DNA of 64,000 nt from Candidatus Woesebacteria bacterium (lineage in GTDB: Bacteria; Patescibacteriota; Microgenomatia; UBA1400; UBA1396): positions 10,214-74,213 of the forward strand of contig JAJOJK010000005.1 of assembly GCA_021208605.1 (NCBI GenBank). The letters are read 5' to 3'. The notes beneath the pieces were generated by a model, which saw nothing but the letters and a program-made list of their open reading frames with translations, searched no databases and was not told the origin of the DNA. Each line of letters opens with the position of its first letter. Within the stretch, counting starts at the first letter, position 1. The position numbers were made by a program, and so were the translations under genes. This document shows, piece after piece, positions 58,506 to 64,000 of the stretch.

Positions 58506-61500
58506 CTACTCAGAATCTTGCGGGAACGTGAGCTGCTGCTCAGCGACTTGCTCAGCCAAAACATCTTTTTGCAAACCAAGCATCTCGCAGATCTCACACT
58601 GTCCACAAGGCTCTCGTTCTAAAAAGTGGAGCGACTGTAACTCATCCCGCACCTGGCGCAAGAGATCTTTGAGTTCATCTAGATCTTCATCAGCAAGTTG
58701 AATGCGTTCTGATTTGTATCGCCCGGTGGGATTTTTTTCCAAAAATACGAACTCACCTTCACGAATAGTGTATGCAAAGCTGGAATCGAGATCGCCCAAC
58801 AGCTTATAGAATAACAACTGGCGGTATAAATCACCCTCGGAATTCTTTGTTTTCCCGAGAATGTGGTTACGAGACTTGGGCGTACCTGTTTTGTAGTCAA
58901 TCACACAGACCGTTTGCGCAGCGGCGTCAAGCATATCAACACGATCGATTTTTCCGACCAATTGCAAACCCTCAAAGGCAATCGGTGGTTGTCGACCCAT
59001 ATTTTTTTCCACTAATAAACTGGGTGTAAAACTCTCTTTGTGCTCATGGTAGTAATCAGAAAGAATAGTCTTCGCTTGCGCCGATATCTCGGCCACTTCA
59101 GTCAATGAAAGTGGCATCGGATTCACCACCGCGTCAATGCGAGGCAAAATCTCTGCCAAATCGGGGACTGTCCCTGTCAAATTGAGGTCGCGGTAGAGAC
59201 GCTCCATCGCCGCGTGCACGGCTGTGCCGAGCACCAGAGGACGAGTCGGCAAACTGGGAATCCGAATCAATCGCTTGTACAAAAACCCCACCGGACAGGC
59301 CAAGTACTCATTCAACGCCGAAACCGACATCGCAAACGAATCCACCAAAGACGCTAACCACTCACGATCAATGTGCGTCCACGCGTACTCGCTCGAGGCG
59401 GTCTCCAAATAGTTTTGCAACGTAGATTGAATTGCCTCGGCTGACAATGCTGGCTGATCCGCGTGCGGCGTCTCCCGAATTTCCACTACAAACTGCGAAG
59501 GTTGCAGTTCTTTCACTCTGCCACCCTGGACCGTACTTTGGCTCCATGACACGATCACGCGCCGTTTTGCCCGGCTCAAAGCAACATAAAACAATCTACG
59601 CTCGTCGGCATTTTTCTCATCTTTGGTGCTGTCGGCATACGGAATAGTCCCCGGAAGGGGCTGAATATTTTGCGGTGAACGAATGTTGCCCCAATAACCA
59701 TCCTGGACATGTAATACGAACACAGTGTCCCATTCCTGCCCTTTGGCTTGGTGTGCGGTCACAATCGGAACAGCTTCGGTTTTCACATTGAGATCATCTG
59801 CCGGAATTCCGAGTCCGTGCGCTTGCATGCGTTCCAAACGATCTAAAAACTCAGCCAAATTCGTCTTGGTGTGTAACCGGTACCAACTCTGCACTTCGCG
59901 CAGAAAACTGGCCACGATATTGATATCTGTCAGGGCGATGTCACCTTGCCAACTGTGCGCATATATTCCTGCCTCACGCAACACGGTTTCCACAAATTCT
60001 GGCAGCGGTACTTTCGCCTCGAGATCCTGCCAGGCAATCAGCTGCTTTCGCAGAGTAGATACTTTTTCTGGCTGAACCAACGGCAAAGCCGCTACAGCGG
60101 CCTCGTCACCCCAGAAGTCCCAGACACTGCGATTGTGGTCTTTCGATTTTGATCCGGCGCGAATGAGTTGTAATGCATCGGTCGGATCGAGGTCCCACCA
60201 AGGTTGCTGCAGCAAAGGAACAAAGAGTTCTGTTTCGTCTTGGGTGCGCACAGCGCTCAAAAAACGCAGTAAAACCAAAATTTTCTGAATCAGCGGAAAC
60301 TGTAAAACATCTTCGCCACGAGTAATTTGCGTCCGAATATTTGCGCGAGCGAGTACTGATTCGAGCAAAGCCATATGACTGTGCTTCCGCACCAACACCG
60401 CAATTTCGGACAATGGCACTCCGGCGTCATGTCGTTCCCGAATGGCTTGCGCAACCCAAAAACACTCAGCCAACGTGTTGGGAGCTTCATGAAACCAAAC
60501 CTCACCTGGACTCTCTTGATGAGCGCTCTGCAAAGGTGCCGAGAGTGTCTGCATTAACTCCGCCTGTCCCGGACTTTCATCGGCCGAGTTGTGGGCAATG
60601 GCTGTAGCGGCCGCATCATAGATCGATTGTCGACCGCGATACCCGGTGCGCAAAGCCACCACCGTCGCATTAGGATACAAATCTAAAAAGTGAAATGTGT
60701 TCGCCAAGGAAGCACCTTGGAAACGGTAGATTGACTGATTCGGATCTCCCACAGCAAAGACATTCGCCTGCTGTCCCCAGTGGCTGGCCAATAACTCCAA
60801 GAGCTGCAACTGGGCCTCGTTGGTGTCTTGCCACTCGTCGACTAAAAAATACTGATAGGTCTCTTGATACTCAGCTAAAACATCAGGATCATTACGGAAA
60901 GCATCGCGCACCCACAAAATCATGTCTTCAAAATCATAGGTGTGGCGCTCGCGAAGTTGGCGCTCATACTCTGCATAGACTTGTGCCAACTCACGATTTT
61001 TCTGCACGGTTTTTGTGCGCGAGCGAAGCTCGGTTTTCGTCAATTCATCGGCATTGTTCTCTAAATAGGTCTCTTCCTCTTCGGCAAGTTCGCGAATACT
61101 CAATGGCGAGTGACCTTCTCGTTTGTAGTTAGAAATCAAGTGCAAGCAATCGCGCACAAAATACAACGGATTCTTGGCCGACTTGATATGCTCAAAATCA
61201 TTTTCCAGTAAAATTTGCTCGACTATTGAGATCTTGTCGACTTCCGCAATCGGCTCTTGGCGCTGCGGCGAAAGCGGAAACAGTTCCTGGTGCGACTCAA
61301 TCACTTCGGTACAAAAGCTATGAAACGTGGTGCACTTTACTCCGTAGCCATCGGCGCCAATCATGTCGACTAAACGCTGCTGCATATTTTTAGCGGCCGC
61401 CTGCGTGAACGTCAGGGCCAAAATATTATGCGGTTTGACATCGAGAGTAGCCAAAATATGGGCAATACGGGTGGAAAGTATTTGTGTTTTTCCAGTACCG

Positions 61501-61595
61501 GGCCCGGCCAAAACAAATACAGGCCCCTCCGTAGTCTCCACAGCGAGACGTTGTTCAGGATTCAAACGATTCAGTGATTCGGTATAGGCAGCCAT
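58506..61595 (-). CDS. UvrD-like helicase fused to a PD-(D/E)XK nuclease (AdnAB/AddA-like)
   Basis: AGPGTGKT, DEWQDTN, HQAKGQE and ERRLFYVALSRA, then GKIDRVD...IDYKTG...QLLFY. Confidence 0.92.
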   Translation of the reverse strand: MAAYTESLNRLNPEQRLAVETTEGPVFVLAGPGTGKTQILSTRIAHILATLDVKPHNILALTFTQAAAKNMQQRLVDMIGADGYGVKCTTFHSFCTEVIESHQELFPLSPQRQEPIAEVDKISIVEQILLENDFEHIKSAKNPLYFVRDCLHLISNYKREGHSPLSIRELAEEEETYLENNADELTKTELRSRTKTVQKNRELAQVYAEYERQLRERHTYDFEDMILWVRDAFRNDPDVLAEYQETYQYFLVDEWQDTNEAQLQLLELLASHWGQQANVFAVGDPNQSIYRFQGASLANTFHFLDLYPNATVVALRTGYRGRQSIYDAAATAIAHNSADESPGQAELMQTLSAPLQSAHQESPGEVWFHEAPNTLAECFWVAQAIRERHDAGVPLSEIAVLVRKHSHMALLESVLARANIRTQITRGEDVLQFPLIQKILVLLRFLSAVRTQDETELFVPLLQQPWWDLDPTDALQLIRAGSKSKDHNRSVWDFWGDEAAVAALPLVQPEKVSTLRKQLIAWQDLEAKVPLPEFVETVLREAGIYAHSWQGDIALTDINIVASFLREVQSWYRLHTKTNLAEFLDRLERMQAHGLGIPADDLNVKTEAVPIVTAHQAKGQEWDTVFVLHVQDGYWGNIRSPQNIQPLPGTIPYADSTKDEKNADERRLFYVALSRAKRRVIVSWSQSTVQGGRVKELQPSQFVVEIRETPHADQPALSAEAIQSTLQNYLETASSEYAWTHIDREWLASLVDSFAMSVSALNEYLACPVGFLYKRLIRIPSLPTRPLVLGTAVHAAMERLYRDLNLTGTVPDLAEILPRIDAVVNPMPLSLTEVAEISAQAKTILSDYYHEHKESFTPSLLVEKNMGRQPPIAFEGLQLVGKIDRVDMLDAAAQTVCVIDYKTGTPKSRNHILGKTKNSEGDLYRQLLFYKLLGDLDSSFAYTIREGEFVFLEKNPTGRYKSERIQLADEDLDELKDLLRQVRDELQSLHFLEREPCGQCEICEMLGLQKDVLAEQVAEQQLTFPQDSE

Positions 61596-61641
61596 GTGTA
61601 GTCAGTAGTATACCGTTGCACCCGGTACAATACAGCCACCG

Positions 61642-62404
61642 ATGATTATTCCTGTCTACCAACCACTCGGTTCTTCTTCGCACCGCTTAGCAGCGGATAT
61701 TGGCGCGCAGCGGCAGGAAAAAGCCACTCATACCGGCACCCTCGACCCCATGGCCGAAGGCGTACTGGTCGTTTTAACGGGTGAGGATCGTTTCCAAAAA
61801 TCAGTCTACTCAAAATGGCCCAAGGTATATGAATTTTCCATCCTCTGGGGACTTACCACCGATACTGATGACAGTCTGGGTCTACTCACTGCTTCGCCTG
61901 CTAGCTGGCACAAGCTACCTCCCACCAACCACTTAGCCAAGCAACTACAGACGCTCCTCCCCAAGTTTCTGGGCGAACAAGAGCAGCAAGTGCACGCGTT
62001 TTCCGCGCGGCGCTGGCAAGGACAATCTTCATTTGACTTTGCTCGCCGCGGCGAACCAATCCCAAAAAAAAACTCGCACTATTTCACTCTCGTCCTTTGC
62101 ACTCATCCATACCGATACGCTCCCTTTGGCAACCATCAGTGAGGAATTCTCGCACCGCCTTACGCTCGTTTCTGGCGACTGGCGCCAACAAGAGATCGCA
62201 GAAACTTGGAAAGTACTCAACACCACTCACCAGACTGACTCGCTGCCCCGCACTTTTTTCCGAGTGCACTGCTCCCATGGCACCTACATTCGACAACTCG
62301 CTCATGATCTGACACAGAAACTTTCTTTGCCAGGAATAGTCTGGAATCTCAAACGAATCCAAAACGGTCCCTACACACTTGCTGACACAGAGCAAGTCAA
62401 ATGA
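61642..62404 (+). CDS. truB: tRNA pseudouridine-55 synthase-like (frameshift at poly-A ~62065)
   Basis: HTGTLDPMAEGVL, TDTDD, CSHGTYIRQL and LKRIQNG motifs. Confidence 0.85.
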
Positions 62405-62457
62405 AAGTCAAATAAAAGCCCTATAAGTAAACCATTATGGTATAATGCTCTCCTGGA

Positions 62458-63243
62458 ATGATCGTTCCAGACCATACATCCATCGAACTTCCTTCTTCCG
62501 GCCATTCGGGAAGCATTCCTGCCTCCACCAAACAGTACATTCTGCATACGCTGCATCGGGCGCGCCAACCTGAATGGAGCACCGAATGGTTGACAAAAGT
62601 CACCCTTCATAACCTCGGAAACGTCACCGCCGCTCTGTTCTGCATCGCCGAGGAGCTGCAAAGCTCTCTCACACTGGACCAAGTCATTCATCTCCACACG
62701 GCCTTCACGTATCTCTACAACACCATCCAAACCAGCCAACAACTCTTTCGTAGTAGCCAGATACGTCCCACGCGCTTTCACCTGTCTTCAACCCTTTCCG
62801 AAACATGCGCCCTCTTCACACAGGAATACAAACAAAAAAAGATTTCCTTCACCACGTACATCCCAAAAAATGTTTTGGCTTACGGACATCCCAACATTAC
62901 GCAACAAATAGTCGTAAACATTCTGCGCAATAGTATTGACGCGCTAGCAAACAGCCCGCAGAGAAACAAAAATATTCGGGTAAATCTTTCACGTCGACCA
63001 AAATCACTCCAACTTGTCGTAGAAGATAACGGTCCAGGAGTCGCTCCTGAACTCCTGCCCGTCATCTCCAAACCTGCCTACACCACCAAACCGCTCGGAC
63101 AAGGTCTGGGGCTAGCCTTTGTCGACTGGCATATGCGGCATACGGTGCACGGAACCGTGACCCGTTGCCATAATCCGCCACATGGACTGCGCACCATACT
63201 TGTCTTTCCGCTCCCTCCAGACATTGATACAATAGCCCCATGA
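62458..63243 (+). CDS. Histidine kinase-like protein (HATPase_c) without a sensor domain
   Basis: NILRNSIDA, VEDNGPGV and TTKPLGQGLGL motifs; putative H-box HNLGN. Confidence 0.8.
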   Translation: MIVPDHTSIELPSSGHSGSIPASTKQYILHTLHRARQPEWSTEWLTKVTLHNLGNVTAALFCIAEELQSSLTLDQVIHLHTAFTYLYNTIQTSQQLFRSSQIRPTRFHLSSTLSETCALFTQEYKQKKISFTTYIPKNVLAYGHPNITQQIVVNILRNSIDALANSPQRNKNIRVNLSRRPKSLQLVVEDNGPGVAPELLPVISKPAYTTKPLGQGLGLAFVDWHMRHTVHGTVTRCHNPPHGLRTILVFPLPPDIDTIAP

Positions 63244-64000
63244 ACGCTGCTACCTCTTTCCTCTCACCCCTGCAAACTCGGTGGCGCTCATTTCGCCAGT
63301 CGCGCTGGTTTTCACCGGTACTCGTGGTACTGATTAGCCTGGCCTTTATTGCTACACATGTCTTCGCGCTCCATGCCCTGCCTGTTTTTGCCGACGAAGC
63401 GATCTACATTCGCTGGGCGCAACTCATCCAACACGAACCGCAGCGATATCTCTTTTTCGCTTTAAATGATGGAAAACCACCCTTGTTTATCTGGCTGGTG
63501 AGCGGAGCACTTTCTTTGTTTCCGCAATCGATTGATGCTGTTTGGATTGCCCGCTTTGTCAGTGTTTTAGTTGGTTTGGTACAGCTCTGGGTTCTCGACG
63601 CCATTGTCCGCCAGCTTCAAGGGAAATCACTGACGCGCTTTGCGGCCGGAATCATTGTCTTTACCGCTCCCTTTTGGACGTTTCACCACCGCATTGGCCT
63701 CATGGACGGACTCCTCACGCTCGGGCTCTCTCTGAGCTTCTGGGGTCTACTCGGGTTACAACAAACCACGCTCCTCCCCAAAACGCAAAAAAAACTCTGG
63801 CGCGAACGGGTCCTCTTTACCGTACTCGCTGGTCTCGGCCTGGGCCTCGGACTGTGGACCAAAACGCCCGCTCTCTTTTTCACACCGGTATTCGTGCTTC
63901 TGGCCTATCTCGCCCCTTTCTGGCTCGATGATTTCCGCTGGCAGGGAATAACACCCCAATGGCTCTTTACGCGCACACTGTGGTTTGGCGCCGCTGGAGC
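63240..64000 (+). CDS. GT-C (GT39-like) membrane glycosyltransferase, runs off the window
   Basis: Read manually: MNAATSF...LPVFADEAIYIRWAQ...DGKPPLFIW; TACAAT 6 nt upstream. Confidence 0.85.
   Translation, partial: MNAATSFLSPLQTRWRSFRQSRWFSPVLVVLISLAFIATHVFALHALPVFADEAIYIRWAQLIQHEPQRYLFFALNDGKPPLFIWLVSGALSLFPQSIDAVWIARFVSVLVGLVQLWVLDAIVRQLQGKSLTRFAAGIIVFTAPFWTFHHRIGLMDGLLTLGLSLSFWGLLGLQQTTLLPKTQKKLWRERVLFTVLAGLGLGLGLWTKTPALFFTPVFVLLAYLAPFWLDDFRWQGITPQWLFTRTLWFGAAG

Noticed and set aside
15240-62075. Frame breaks in DUF2207 (~15255), rnj (~30967, ~30720), lon (~41870), tsaD (~47975) and truB (~62065) as programmed frameshifts or pseudogenes
   Set aside because: Most fall in homopolymer runs, shift in both directions, and hit unrelated conserved genes whose motifs are intact on both sides. 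Sequencing/assembly indels are the simplest explanation; read mapping would settle it.
1-64000. CRISPR array, rRNA, prophage, transposase/integrase, or alternative genetic code
   Set aside because: No regularly spaced repeats or hallmark genes were seen by eye, and TGA terminates several genes at expected ends (e.g. 20936, 47182).

Overview
A gene-dense chromosomal segment translated with genetic code 11. The gene content (many GT-C membrane glycosyltransferases, FemAB, LCP, DipZ, a TsaC-TsaE fusion, RNase J and RNase Y) suggests a Patescibacteria/CPR bacterium, probably Microgenomates-like; this is an inference. In order, the window holds: a surface-glycan cluster with rmlBCD; two XRE + small-membrane-protein modules sharing one operator palindrome; an AT-rich MacAB-like ABC island next to tRNA-Ser(GCT), flanked by degenerate tRNA-3' repeats; a leader-peptide attenuator ahead of an orphan gene; an RNA/protein turnover neighbourhood (rnj, udg inside a perfect 24-bp inverted repeat, a protease-less Lon AAA+ paralog, pnp, rpsO, tRNA-Met, hup, rny, CIRCE-preceded lon); an RHH-nucleotidyltransferase fusion with degenerate catalytic motifs; t6A genes; three helicases, tpiA and truB. 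Five conserved genes have small indel breaks that look like sequencing errors. At least 16 genes have a TAnnnT box exactly 6 nt upstream of the ATG, pointing to widespread leaderless mRNAs. No CRISPR array, rRNA, intact transposase or integrase was seen.
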